Positions 35,806 to 46,954 of a DNA stretch of 64,000 nucleotides are shown here, in pieces. The position numbers were made by a program, and so were the translations under genes. Source of the stretch: an uncultured Christensenellaceae bacterium (GTDB lineage Bacteria; Bacillota; Clostridia; Christensenellales; UBA3700); contig CALWRI010000003.1 of assembly GCA_944383905.1 (NCBI GenBank), positions 48,845 through 112,844 of the forward strand. The letters run 5' to 3'. Each line of letters starts with the position of its first letter. Position 1 is the stretch's first letter. A model generated the notes under the pieces. It was not told where the DNA came from. It ran no database searches and saw only the letters and a program-made list of their open reading frames with translations.

Positions 35806-36447
35806 ATGGAAAACGGACTCGAAAGCAGACTCAATAAGATCAAGACGGATTTCGCCAAGATGTGCAGGACCGTCGAAAGCATGCTCGCGGCAGCCAACGG
35901 ACTTCTGAAAAATCCGGATAAGACCGCGGCGAAAGACATAGTAAACAAGGACAAGCTCGTCGACGAGGCGGAGATGGACATAGAAAACGGGTGCATGAGG
36001 TTATTGCTGCGCAATCAGCCTTTTGCCAAGGATTTCAGGGACATATCATGTATACTCAAGGCGATAACCGACGTCGAAAGAATAGGCGACCAGGCGGCGG
36101 ATATAGCGGGGATCACGCGTTCTTTCGAAAAGGCAGAGGATTGCGTGCCCGTTCTGAAAATGGGAGAACTCGCTCTCGTTATGGTGAGGGGATCAGTGAA
36201 TTCGCTCCTCAACGAAGACGTAAAACTTGCCGAAAAAACGCAGGCGCTCGATGACGAAATGGACGGACTTTTTGACGAGGCTTGCACTGAAATCATAGAA
36301 AAGATAAAACAAAATCCCGCGTTTGCGGGTACTGCGGCTGAACTGCTTATGATTGCCAAATATTACGAGCGCATAGGCGACCACGCCGTAAATATCTGCG
36401 AGTGGGCAGAATTCGGCAACACCGGAATACACAGCAAACACCAATGA
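35806..36447 (+). CDS. phoU: Phosphate uptake regulator PhoU
   Basis: 213 aa with duplicated PhoU repeats carrying E(R)IGD motifs (DVERIGDQAADIA and YYERIGDHAVNICE). Confidence 0.9.
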   Translation: MENGLESRLNKIKTDFAKMCRTVESMLAAANGLLKNPDKTAAKDIVNKDKLVDEAEMDIENGCMRLLLRNQPFAKDFRDISCILKAITDVERIGDQAADIAGITRSFEKAEDCVPVLKMGELALVMVRGSVNSLLNEDVKLAEKTQALDDEMDGLFDEACTEIIEKIKQNPAFAGTAAELLMIAKYYERIGDHAVNICEWAEFGNTGIHSKHQ

Positions 36448-37103
36448 AGGAACTGATTTACATTATCGAGGACGACGAAGGAGTACAGGAAGTCTACGAA
36501 AGCGCTTTCGACGGGCTTTACGACGCGCGCATTTTCGGCAACGGCAAAGAGTTTTTCGAGGCGTTCAACAAGTGCAAGCCCGCGCTCGTGATCGTGGACA
36601 TAATGCTCCCCGATATGGACGGATATACTATAATATCCGACATCAGGGCGAGAGACGAGAGAATACCCGTCATCGTCGTGTCTGCGAAATCGGACGAAAT
36701 GAGTTTTGTAAAAGGACTGAACAAGGGCGCGGACGATTACATGGCAAAGCCCTTTTCGGTCATGGAACTTCTTGCCCGCGTAAAGGCGGGACTTCGCAGA
36801 GCGAAACTTTTCGTCAGAGTTCAGGGCGACTTCTCGATAGATAAAAACAATTACCGTATTTTGTATAAAGACAAAGATCTTCAGCTGACGCTCAAAGAGT
36901 TCAGACTGCTTGAGTATCTGCTGTCTTCGAGCGGAAGAACGGTACCGAGAGAAGAGCTCTTCAACGAGATATGGGGAGAGAACTTTATGGGAGAAACGCG
37001 CGCTCTCGATATGCATATCGCAGAGATAAGACTCAAGCTTTCCAAGGCGGGAGCACCAAACGCGATACAGACGGTGCGCGGGGTAGGTTACAGGGTGGAA
37101 TAA
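36444..37103 (+). CDS. OmpR-family response regulator (PhoP/PhoB-like)
   Basis: Receiver domain (IIEDDEG, VIVDIMLPDMDG, AKPF) plus a winged-helix output domain (...LTLKEFRLLEYL...VRGVGYRV). ATGA overlap with phoU. Confidence 0.85.
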   Translation: MKELIYIIEDDEGVQEVYESAFDGLYDARIFGNGKEFFEAFNKCKPALVIVDIMLPDMDGYTIISDIRARDERIPVIVVSAKSDEMSFVKGLNKGADDYMAKPFSVMELLARVKAGLRRAKLFVRVQGDFSIDKNNYRILYKDKDLQLTLKEFRLLEYLLSSSGRTVPREELFNEIWGENFMGETRALDMHIAEIRLKLSKAGAPNAIQTVRGVGYRVE

Positions 37104-38806
37104 TGAAAAAGAGGATAATCCTGCAAAGCTTTATCATATCGCTCGTTACGGCGCTCGTAGTGTTTTTTTCGAGCATAGCGACGCATTACAGCGTGCAGGA
37201 ACACAGGATAAAACAAGAGATCGCCGCAGACGCTGAAATGTTTGCGGACATTGTAAAAAACGATCCCGAAACTTTACATAATATTTCGGATTTCGGCAAT
37301 GCAAGGGTAACAGTTATATCAGAAGACGGCAAGGTTCTTTTCGACAGCGGCAAGAGCGACAGCGAAAATATGGAAGATCACTCGTCGAGACAAGAGGTTG
37401 TGTCCGCGCTTAAAGGATCTCCCGAGGTGGTCAAGAGATATTCTGAAACCCTTGGCAGATCGATGTATTATTATGCGCTTGCTATCGACACGGATCAAGG
37501 AAAACTCGTAATAAGAGTTGCCGAAAGCGCAAGCGATATATGGTCTTTCAGCGGCATTGCGCTCCTTTACGTTGCGATTGCTCTTATAGTCGCTTTCGTA
37601 CTTTCGTATCTGCTTGCGAATAATCTTTCGGGAAAAGTTGAGGACAGACTTACAGATCTGAGGGACGGTCTGAGGAGCGCTAACAGCGGCAACTATTCGC
37701 TGCGCCCGTGTTCTACGTCCGACGCTCTGGATTTTTCTATAATAAGCGAGCTCAACGAACTCGTCGCCGCTCTCAAAGAAAATTACGATTCCGTCACGAC
37801 GGAAAAGGCAAAGCTTGCGAGCATTATCGACAATATGACGCAAGGACTCGTCGTAGTGGACGGAAAAGGCTCCGTCGTTATCAGAAACAGTATAGCAGAA
37901 CAGCTGCTCGGCAAAATCAAGACGGGCGCGGCTCTTATAAACATGATAGACGACGAGGGACTTTACGGTAAGATAAATTCCGTACTCGATGCGGACGGCA
38001 ACGAAACTTTCCCTTGCGAATACCACGGCAGAGATCTCGTGTTAAACGTATTCAGGATGAAACAGTGGGGAGTGAGCGAAAACCTCGGCATCATACTCAT
38101 AAGCGACGTTACCAAAGAAAAGGAATTGTCAAGGCAGAAAAGCGTATTTTTTGCCAACGCGTCGCACGAGCTCAAGACTCCGCTTACCTCAGTGCAGGGG
38201 CTCAGCGAAGTGCTGCTGTCGAGGACGGACGAAAATTCTCCCGATTACAAATACATCAAGCGAATATATACGGAGAGCGTGAGGCTGCACAACATCGTGA
38301 TGGATATGCTGTATATAAGCAAGCTCGAATCGAGAGAAGTTGCGAGAAACAGAGAAAAGGTGTCGCTCAGAAACGTCATAGAGGATTCTACGCAGGCATA
38401 CAAGGACGAAATTGCAGCAAAAGAAATAACGGTTTCTTCAGAGGGAGATGCTGTCGTAGAGGGGGACGATCACAATCTCTACGAGTGTTTCAACAACATC
38501 ATAGGCAACGCCGTGCATTACAATAAGCAGGGCGGAAACATAAAAGTGACTCTCTCACAAGACGATACGGACGCTATAGTTTCCGTAGAAGACAGCGGCA
38601 TAGGTATAGCGGAAGAACATCTGCCTTATATCTGCGAGAGATTTTACCGCGTAGACAAGAGCCGCTCCAAACAGACGGGCGGTACGGGGCTCGGTCTTTC
38701 GATAGTAAAACACATTGTTGCGCTGTACGGCGGTACGCTGGATATAAAGAGCGAGGTCGGCAGAGGCACGACGGTGACCGTAAAGCTGCCGCTCAGGAGA
38801 AAATAA
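37103..38806 (+). CDS. Sensor histidine kinase (PhoR-like)
   Basis: Two transmembrane segments, the H-box FFANASHELKTPLTS, the N-box NAVHYN, and G-boxes DSGIGI and GGTGLGLSIV. A TAATG overlap links it to the regulator. Confidence 0.85.
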   Translation: MKKRIILQSFIISLVTALVVFFSSIATHYSVQEHRIKQEIAADAEMFADIVKNDPETLHNISDFGNARVTVISEDGKVLFDSGKSDSENMEDHSSRQEVVSALKGSPEVVKRYSETLGRSMYYYALAIDTDQGKLVIRVAESASDIWSFSGIALLYVAIALIVAFVLSYLLANNLSGKVEDRLTDLRDGLRSANSGNYSLRPCSTSDALDFSIISELNELVAALKENYDSVTTEKAKLASIIDNMTQGLVVVDGKGSVVIRNSIAEQLLGKIKTGAALINMIDDEGLYGKINSVLDADGNETFPCEYHGRDLVLNVFRMKQWGVSENLGIILISDVTKEKELSRQKSVFFANASHELKTPLTSVQGLSEVLLSRTDENSPDYKYIKRIYTESVRLHNIVMDMLYISKLESREVARNREKVSLRNVIEDSTQAYKDEIAAKEITVSSEGDAVVEGDDHNLYECFNNIIGNAVHYNKQGGNIKVTLSQDDTDAIVSVEDSGIGIAEEHLPYICERFYRVDKSRSKQTGGTGLGLSIVKHIVALYGGTLDIKSEVGRGTTVTVKLPLRRK

Positions 38807-38814
38807 CAAAAGCG

Positions 38815-38842
38815 AAAAGGAAGTCGTTGCGACTTCCTTTTT
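38815..38842 (+). terminator. Intrinsic terminator after the histidine kinase (end of the pst-pho operon)
   Basis: AAAGGAAGTCG-ttg-CGACTTCCTTT followed by TTT. Confidence 0.85.
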
Positions 38843-39013
38843 TGTATAGATATAGAAAAATGTATACATTTATGTATATTTTCGGGCAATGCAAAATTTT
38901 TGTCAAAACGGGGCAGAAATTTCAAAAAGCATCTTTTATTTATATTTTTTGTATGTTATAATATTGACAAGGAAAAGCTCTACGCGATTACGCGGGGGCG
39001 AAGGAGGCAAATT

Positions 39014-39550
39014 ATGCGTATAGAAATCAATGCAAGAAATTACCGTGTCAGCGACAGACTGAGAGAAATCATCGATAAAAAGATGGAAAAGTTTTCAAGA
39101 TATTTTGAAGACGACGCAAAAGCGGTCATAACTCTCAGAGAAGTGGGCAAAGACAAATACGCTATGGAAATCACAATCTTTTTCGGCGGCAATATGGTGA
39201 GGAGCGAAGTTGTCTCCGACAATATGTACAACAACATAGACATCGCGCTCCCCAAGATCGAAGGTCAGATCAGAAAGCACCGTACCAAACTCGGCAAGAG
39301 GATCAAACAGACCGCCATCGACGAAGCGAGCATATACGCGCCGCAGCCCGCGCAGGAAAAGAAGCGCGAGCTTGTCAGGACAAAAACTCTCGATCTCAAG
39401 AAAATCAGCGTCGAAGAAGCGCTTGAGGAAATGGAACTCGTAGATCACGATTTTTATATATTCCTCAACGAAAAGACGGGCAAAGTCAACGTCGTTTACC
39501 GCCGCACGGACGGCAACGCGGGACTTCTCGACCTGACTTATTCGGGATAA
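39014..39550 (+). CDS. hpf: Ribosome hibernation promoting factor, long form
   Basis: MRIEINARNYRVSDRLREII... N-terminal S30AE domain plus a C-terminal dimerisation domain (...VEEALEEMELVDHDFYIFLN...). A GAAGGAGG ribosome-binding site is present. Confidence 0.9.
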   Translation: MRIEINARNYRVSDRLREIIDKKMEKFSRYFEDDAKAVITLREVGKDKYAMEITIFFGGNMVRSEVVSDNMYNNIDIALPKIEGQIRKHRTKLGKRIKQTAIDEASIYAPQPAQEKKRELVRTKTLDLKKISVEEALEEMELVDHDFYIFLNEKTGKVNVVYRRTDGNAGLLDLTYSG

Positions 39551-39574
39551 GTCAATATCGGTACAGAAAAAACG

Positions 39575-39606
39575 ATCGCCGTCCGGAAGGGCGGCGATTT
39601 TTTTGT
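39575..39606. terminator. Bidirectional intrinsic terminator (hpf / minus-strand GNAT)
   Basis: ATCGCCG...CGGCGAT stem with an A6 run upstream and a T-run downstream, which merges into (TTTTTG)x4. Confidence 0.75.
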
Positions 39607-39623
39607 TTTTGTTTTTGTTTTTG
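39600..39623 (+). repeat. Hexanucleotide microsatellite (TTTTTG)x4
   Basis: Read directly from the sequence. It is contiguous with the terminator T-tract after hpf. Confidence 0.8.
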
Positions 39624-39659
39624 AAATACGCTCCGTCTGACGTAAGGAGCCGGGCAGGT

Positions 39660-40151
39660 TCAGACCTTTGCGCGCATGATATAGTCTTCCATTGCAAAGC
39701 CGCCGCCGATGTCGGTGTCGAGCGGACATTCCTTTTCAAAGCCGTTTGCGAGGTAGGCAGCGATCGCGCGTTGGTTGTACTTGTTGACGTGCAGGTAAAC
39801 GGAAGAGTAATTCAGCTCCGCCGCGCGTTTTTTGACAAATGACAGCGCGAGAGAGCCGTAGCCCTTGCCCCTGATCGAGGAGTGAAGGTAGAGTTTTGAA
39901 AGGAAGAGCGCGCCCTTTTCCTTTTCGAGCACAATGTACCCGCAGGTCTTGCCGTCTTCTTTCAACGCATAGAACTCCGCCCCTGCGTCGAAAAGGGAGA
40001 GCATCGCGCTTTCGCTCTGAAAATTGTTTACCATATAGTCGATCTGCGCGTCGGAGATTATTCCTTTGTAGCATTCGTGCCATACGACGTCCGCGAGGCG
40101 GGCGATCTCTTTTATCTCCGAGCGGTCGGTTATCGTGATTATTTCTGCCAT
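39660..40151 (-). CDS. GNAT-family N-acetyltransferase (apparently leaderless)
   Basis: 163 aa from the ATG at 40151. Acetyl-CoA loop IRGKGYGSLAL, and ...NQRAIAAYLANGF... The 437-aa ORF-track version is an upstream in-frame run with no start support. Confidence 0.75.
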   Translation of the reverse strand: MAEIITITDRSEIKEIARLADVVWHECYKGIISDAQIDYMVNNFQSESAMLSLFDAGAEFYALKEDGKTCGYIVLEKEKGALFLSKLYLHSSIRGKGYGSLALSFVKKRAAELNYSSVYLHVNKYNQRAIAAYLANGFEKECPLDTDIGGGFAMEDYIMRAKV

Positions 40152-40157
40152 GAGTAC

Positions 40158-40187
40158 ATTATAACGCCTGCGGGCGCGCGCTGTCAA
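40158..40187 (-). promoter_or_regulatory. Promoter giving a leaderless transcript for the minus-strand GNAT gene
   Basis: Read on the minus strand: TTGACA-N18-TATAAT, then 6 nt (GTACTC) to the ATG at 40151. Confidence 0.55.
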
Positions 40188-40214
40188 ACGCAGGCGCAAA
40201 CGCAAGCAAAATAA

Positions 40215-40243
40215 TTGTCTTTTGACTGCGGATAATATATAAT
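40215..40243 (+). promoter_or_regulatory. Promoter giving a leaderless transcript for the 1005-aa surface protein
   Basis: TTGTCT-N17-TATAAT, then 7 nt (AAAAAAT) to ATG 40251. No SD is present. Confidence 0.5.
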
Positions 40244-40250
40244 AAAAAAT

Positions 40251-43200
40251 ATGAAGAAAGCGGCTTTGACGATATTGATGATTCTTGTTGCGTGCGTGTT
40301 CGTCTTCGTATCCTGCGATACGAAGGACGACGTCACATACTATCAGGAGACCGTAGTCGGAAAATACGGCGACGGTATAAGTCTTATCGGCACCGTCACT
40401 CCGCAGGGAGAGATCTCGGAGTATGCCGATCTCCCGAGGGTGGAGAAAGCCGTATGCTTCGACACTCGTCTCGAAGGTTGGCATTTCTGCGGCGTTTACG
40501 TCGTCAGGGGAGAAAAGATAACCGTCACGTTGCCGGAAGAAAAGGCGGACGGTTCCGTCGTGGCGACGGTGGGCAGATACGAGGCTTCCGCGAACGCGTA
40601 CAGCGTGCCTCTCGACGAGCCGACGGTCACGTTCGAGTCTCCTGTCTCGGGACTTCTCGAAGTGGATCTCGGCGATTGTTACGGCGACGAATTCTGGACT
40701 CTTACCGTTTCGGGAGGGGTTGCCGCTTCGTATTTCAGACTCGGTCTTGACAGGGTCGCAGATTGGAAGAACAGCGCCGGATACGCCGTGGTGGACGCAA
40801 CGAACGTCAGGATATACCTGCCCGCGCAATACATCGACTCCGCCGACGACGTCGCGAAAGCGGCAAGCTGGTGGCGTTCGTTCTGCGAATACGCGGACGG
40901 TTACACGACAGGGATATTCGGGGAGGACAAACTTTCTCCGACGGATATTTACGTCGGCGGCAACGTCTCGCAAATAAGTTACGACAAAGAAAAAGACGTC
41001 CTTTTCCTGCCTTCGGACCTCGCGTCGGTCATGCTCGACGCAGAGGCGTTATCGCACGGCGCGGCGTGGGACGCGATGCTCGGTTTCTGCAAAGGCAAGG
41101 CGCTTTATGCCGGATTTGACGCGGCGGACGAAGTCGCGCAGATAATAGCGGCGGGCGCGTTCGTCACTCTGACGGACAGCGTGCTCGGCACGGATTCGGG
41201 CGACGAATATTGGATAAACAACGCTTACGACTGTCTCCGCCGCAGTCTCGCGGGCGAGCTGTCTGAATACGGAGATCTCGCGGTGTACGTCAACCTGATC
41301 CATTCTTTCGGAGAGAAAGAGGTTGCGGAAACAGCGGTCGGATATGCCGTACTTGAAGATGAGGACGGCTCGGAAGCAGAAGAAAAACCCTCTCTCGCGC
41401 AGTATTTCTGCAATACGTTTGCGCAAAAGGGGATAGATCTTGAGCCGTATATGAACGGGATTTTCGGACTCTCCGTCGAACAGACATTGTCTGATGCAAC
41501 CGTGTACGTCCCCGTGCAGAGCGCGTATGCGATCGGCGCGTCGGCGGGAGAGGACAAGACAGGCGTCACGGTCAATTCGGGAGAGAGGGTCGGATTCGAT
41601 TTTGCGGGCGCGGTCGTGACATCGGCGGAAAAAGTCGAGCTCGTCGAGGTCAGGCTCGGAGACAAGGAATGGAAGGCTGGCGAAGGCGGACTTTACGAAT
41701 ACAAACCCGTCGCCGACGTGAAGGAACAGAACTTCACCCTCGTATTCGAAGCGGACGGCGTGAAGACGGAACTGCATGGCAGGTTTACCTGCAACGTCGC
41801 GGTATCCGTGTTTTCGAGATACGAAAACGTGCCGTGGAGAGACATGAAGACCGCAGTCAAGGAATACGGGGAAAGCGGAGACAAATATCTCGTCTCGTCG
41901 AGCGCCGTTTTCAAGGCGGAAGTGCCCCAGAACGACGAAGTGGACGACGGCGTGTATACGTTCAGCGTCAACAACGGCGTGATACAGGTCGATGAGACCG
42001 CGACTTACGTCGTATACGTCAGGAGCAAGGGCATGACGCGCGTGGATTTCGGCGTGCCGCAGTATATGTTCACGATGTTTGAAAACACGCTCACCGTCAA
42101 CGAGTATACCGATCTTTTGTGTTATGAGATAGAGTTGCAGGAGGGGGTGTCCTACTATTACGACATCTATATCCTCGCGACGAAAGGCAACGCCTACGCG
42201 TGCCTCGGCATAAGCAAGAAGGGAGAGCAGACGATAGAGGACGTCGACGACGGATATCTCGTCTATTATCCGTTCGACCGCGACGATATTCAGACCTATT
42301 CCGCGCCCGAGCTCGTTCCGCAGAGTTTCGGGGTCAGCAGAGAGGGCGGGAAGAATTTTGAAGATCTCGGCACAAAACTCGTCGCTTATCCCAAAGCGGA
42401 ACAGGGATCATCGGCAGGAGCCGCGTGCGACGGCAACGACGACACATATTTTACTTCAAAGCCGGCTTTGACTCACACTTACGTCTATGAATTCGACGAG
42501 GCGGTGCAGGCGGATTATCTGATACTCCGGACGAACAATTCAGGCGTCGGTTTCGAACTGGCTGTCAGCGAAGACGGGACGGATTATACCGTATGCGACG
42601 ACGGGATCCTCAACAAGAATATCAACCGTACCTTCGTCAAACCCGTTGCTATAAAATACGTCCGACTGACGATGACGTCCGACGTAGAATTCGCAAGCGT
42701 CGTGAAAGATATTTACTGCGGAGTTTACACAAAAGAGGCGACGATCGTGCCTTCGAACAGCAGCAGGGTGCTTTATCAGGGCAAATGGCAGTACAAGACG
42801 GGCGGTATCAGCGTAAACGGCTGGATACTCGAAAGTTACGGCGACGACGCGGCGATTGAGTTCAACTTTTACGGCACGGCGATCTCGATCTATTGCGCAA
42901 CGGGCGACGTCTACGGAAGTATGCAGATATACGCAGACGGCAAGCAGTGCGGTCTCGTTGATCTGTACAGCCGTTCTACTCAATACAACCGCAACGTGTT
43001 TTCGATAGATTTCAACACGGCGGCGAAACACACGATAAGAATAGTTCCTTCTTCCAACGACGACATAATAAACCTCGATTATTTCTCGGTCGTATACGCG
43101 GAGCAGCACGAGGCGACGCCCGAAGTGGGCAATTTGTGGTATTTTGCGATAATCCCCGCGGCATTGGCGGCTGTCTTTGCGGTCTGCGCCGCGCTCGACA

Positions 43201-43268
43201 TCTCGGAAAGGCGCAAGAAAAAGCGCAAGAAGCAGACGGCGGACGTAAATGCCGACAAGCAAGAATAA
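40251..43268 (+). CDS. Large cell-surface protein: lipoprotein signal, M60-like module lacking HEXXH, PA14-like and F5/8 type C (discoidin)-like domains, C-terminal transmembrane anchor
   Basis: 1005 aa with N-terminal ...LVACVFVFVSC. The discoidin-like stretch is ...AACDGNDDTYFTS...YVRLTMTS... The C-terminus is LWYFAIIPAALAAVFAVCAALDI followed by RRKKKRKKQ. Domain names come from pattern recognition only. Confidence 0.6.
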   Translation: MKKAALTILMILVACVFVFVSCDTKDDVTYYQETVVGKYGDGISLIGTVTPQGEISEYADLPRVEKAVCFDTRLEGWHFCGVYVVRGEKITVTLPEEKADGSVVATVGRYEASANAYSVPLDEPTVTFESPVSGLLEVDLGDCYGDEFWTLTVSGGVAASYFRLGLDRVADWKNSAGYAVVDATNVRIYLPAQYIDSADDVAKAASWWRSFCEYADGYTTGIFGEDKLSPTDIYVGGNVSQISYDKEKDVLFLPSDLASVMLDAEALSHGAAWDAMLGFCKGKALYAGFDAADEVAQIIAAGAFVTLTDSVLGTDSGDEYWINNAYDCLRRSLAGELSEYGDLAVYVNLIHSFGEKEVAETAVGYAVLEDEDGSEAEEKPSLAQYFCNTFAQKGIDLEPYMNGIFGLSVEQTLSDATVYVPVQSAYAIGASAGEDKTGVTVNSGERVGFDFAGAVVTSAEKVELVEVRLGDKEWKAGEGGLYEYKPVADVKEQNFTLVFEADGVKTELHGRFTCNVAVSVFSRYENVPWRDMKTAVKEYGESGDKYLVSSSAVFKAEVPQNDEVDDGVYTFSVNNGVIQVDETATYVVYVRSKGMTRVDFGVPQYMFTMFENTLTVNEYTDLLCYEIELQEGVSYYYDIYILATKGNAYACLGISKKGEQTIEDVDDGYLVYYPFDRDDIQTYSAPELVPQSFGVSREGGKNFEDLGTKLVAYPKAEQGSSAGAACDGNDDTYFTSKPALTHTYVYEFDEAVQADYLILRTNNSGVGFELAVSEDGTDYTVCDDGILNKNINRTFVKPVAIKYVRLTMTSDVEFASVVKDIYCGVYTKEATIVPSNSSRVLYQGKWQYKTGGISVNGWILESYGDDAAIEFNFYGTAISIYCATGDVYGSMQIYADGKQCGLVDLYSRSTQYNRNVFSIDFNTAAKHTIRIVPSSNDDIINLDYFSVVYAEQHEATPEVGNLWYFAIIPAALAAVFAVCAALDISERRKKKRKKQTADVNADKQE

Positions 43269-43283
43269 TAAAGGAGAAAACGG

Positions 43284-43312
43284 AGGTCCGCGTTGATACG
43301 CGGATCTTTTTT
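43284..43312 (+). terminator. Intrinsic terminator after the 1005-aa gene
   Basis: AGGTCCGCG-ttgata-CGCGGATCT followed by TTTTT. Confidence 0.8.
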
Positions 43313-43432
43313 GCGCTTTTGCTGCCGGGGTCGGTCGGGTCGCCGAACGGCAGAGGAAGATATATAATAATGCGCGCGATTGTAGCAACGCAAAATTTTT
43401 TTCGTCAAAATTCAAAATCTGTCATCAAAGGG

Positions 43433-43460
43433 TTGACTTTTGCATACAATGGGGTATAAT
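43433..43460 (+). promoter_or_regulatory. Sigma-A promoter of the hrcA operon
   Basis: TTGACT (43433-43438), a 16-nt spacer, then TATAAT (43455-43460). Confidence 0.65.
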
Positions 43461-43465
43461 AAGAT

Positions 43466-43492
43466 TTAGCAGTCAAGGGGCGCGATTGCTAA
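43466..43492. promoter_or_regulatory. CIRCE element (HrcA operator)
   Basis: TTAGCAGTC-N9-GATTGCTAA compared with the consensus TTAGCACTC-N9-GAGTGCTAA. It lies immediately after the -10. Confidence 0.85.
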
Positions 43493-43534
43493 CAATTGCG
43501 TAAACCGATTGCCAAAACGTCAAAGGAGAAAAGC

Positions 43535-44554
43535 ATGGACGACAGATTGTCAGACCGCAAAAAAAGAGTTTTGCAGGCGCTTGTGGACAGCTATATCAGC
43601 GATCCTCAACCCATATCTTCGTCTGCAATTCAGGCAAAGTATATGCCCGAAGTTTCTTCCGCGACGATCAGGAGCGAACTTGCGACTCTCGAGGAGCTGG
43701 GCTATCTCGTTCAGCCGCACGTCAGCAGCGGCAGAGTGCCTTCTTCCAAGGCATACAGATTTTATGTCGACAGTATGCTCGAGGAAGGCTGTCAGGACGT
43801 GGCGGAACTCGAAAACAGATTCGATTCCAACTTCCGTACCGTCGAAGAGCTGGTAAAAAACACCGCAAAGGTCGTCAGCGACGCGACGAATTACACGTCA
43901 CTTATGGTATTCACCGGTACGGACAAAGTCGTGGTAAAAGAAGTCAGGCTCGTCGATCTTCTCGACGGCACAGCGCTCGTAATTATAATCACGGACAGCG
44001 GCGTGCTCAAGGACAAGATGGTATCCATACCCGCAGATGCGGAGGGCGGATACGTCGAGATCGCCAACAAACTGCTCAACGCCACGTTCGCGGGCAAGAA
44101 TCTTGCGGAGATACAGCATTACGAAGAGCCGATGGAACAGACTTTCAGAGCTTACAAGGATCTTTTCCGTCAGGTTTTGGAAATGATAGAAGAATACAGG
44201 ACGACGAGAGACAGTCAGCTCTATCTCGAAGGCGAGGACAAGATCTTTGAATATCCGGAGGCGAAAGACGTTGACAACGTCAGGAGTTTCGTTTCCATCA
44301 TTTCCAAAAAGGAAAAGCTGCACGATCTCGTCAAGGGCGACGGAGACGTCGAATTCGATGTCAAGATCGGCGGCGAAGAATCCGAAGACCTCAGGAATAT
44401 GGCGCTCGTTACCGCAAAATACACGATAGGCGGCAAAGAGGTCGGACACGTCGGAGTGATAGGACCTCAAAGAATGGATTATAAAAAAGTCATGTCGGTG
44501 CTCCGCAGACTGGGCGGCGCGCTGGATGACGGCGGAGACAACAAAAATGGCTGA
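43535..44554 (+). CDS. hrcA: Heat-inducible transcription repressor HrcA
   Basis: LSDRKKRVLQALVDSYI...SSAIQAKY...SSATIRSELATLEELGYL. CIRCE lies upstream and grpE-dnaK-dnaJ lie downstream. Confidence 0.93.
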   Translation: MDDRLSDRKKRVLQALVDSYISDPQPISSSAIQAKYMPEVSSATIRSELATLEELGYLVQPHVSSGRVPSSKAYRFYVDSMLEEGCQDVAELENRFDSNFRTVEELVKNTAKVVSDATNYTSLMVFTGTDKVVVKEVRLVDLLDGTALVIIITDSGVLKDKMVSIPADAEGGYVEIANKLLNATFAGKNLAEIQHYEEPMEQTFRAYKDLFRQVLEMIEEYRTTRDSQLYLEGEDKIFEYPEAKDVDNVRSFVSIISKKEKLHDLVKGDGDVEFDVKIGGEESEDLRNMALVTAKYTIGGKEVGHVGVIGPQRMDYKKVMSVLRRLGGALDDGGDNKNG

Positions 44555-45059
44555 AAAGAAAAACAAGACCGAAAAGAAAAAGGCTGCGGAAGCAGAAGTC
44601 GCGGAGGCGAAAGAAGCCGTGCTCGAAAGTCTGGGACAGGACGGCAACGCGGCATACGCAGAGCTTTTCGCGAAATACGTCAGACTTCAGGCGGATTTCG
44701 AAAATTACAAAAAGCGCAACAGAGAGACTGCGGCGGTGATGTATGAAGAGGGCGTCGCGGACGTCGTTTCGGACGTGCTTCCGACGCTCGATTATCTCGA
44801 AATGGCGATAGAGTCCCAAAAGGACGAAACTTTCAAAAAAGGGCTTGAGCTCGTCAAGAAGGCTTTTCTCGACGCGCTCGGCAAGTACGGCGTGGAGGAG
44901 ATAGAAGCGCTCGGCAAAGAATTCGACCCCAATTTCCACGAAGCGGCGATGAACAAGGACGATCCCGAAAACGCGGGCAAAGTCGTCCAGATCCTCAAAA
45001 AAGGCTATATCCGCAACGGCAAGGTGCTGCGTCACCCGCTCGTCGTTGTGGCTCAATAA
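44547..45059 (+). CDS. grpE: Nucleotide exchange factor GrpE (alternative start 44526)
   Basis: ...[12 protein letters not shown]... and C-terminal ...[21 protein letters not shown] lies 9 nt before ATG 44547. Confidence 0.9.
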   Translation: MAEKKNKTEKKKAAEAEVAEAKEAVLESLGQDGNAAYAELFAKYVRLQADFENYKKRNRETAAVMYEEGVADVVSDVLPTLDYLEMAIESQKDETFKKGLELVKKAFLDALGKYGVEEIEALGKEFDPNFHEAAMNKDDPENAGKVVQILKKGYIRNGKVLRHPLVVVAQ

Positions 45060-45090
45060 CATAAAATACGATCAAAAGGAGTATATCATT

Positions 45091-46932
<1,842 letters not shown>

Positions 46933-46954
46933 AATAAAAATCAACATCGCACAA

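Noticed and set aside
39600-39623. (TTTTTG)x4, considered as a possible CRISPR-like or regulatory repeat
   Set aside because: It has only four 6-nt units with no spacers and is contiguous with a terminator U-tract. It is a simple microsatellite or extended T-tract.
39660-40973. The 437-aa version of the minus-strand ORF that extends over the start of the 1005-aa gene
   Set aside because: Only the last 163 codons are GNAT-like. A consensus promoter sits immediately upstream of the internal ATG at 40151. The upstream part is antisense to the well-supported + strand gene and its promoter.
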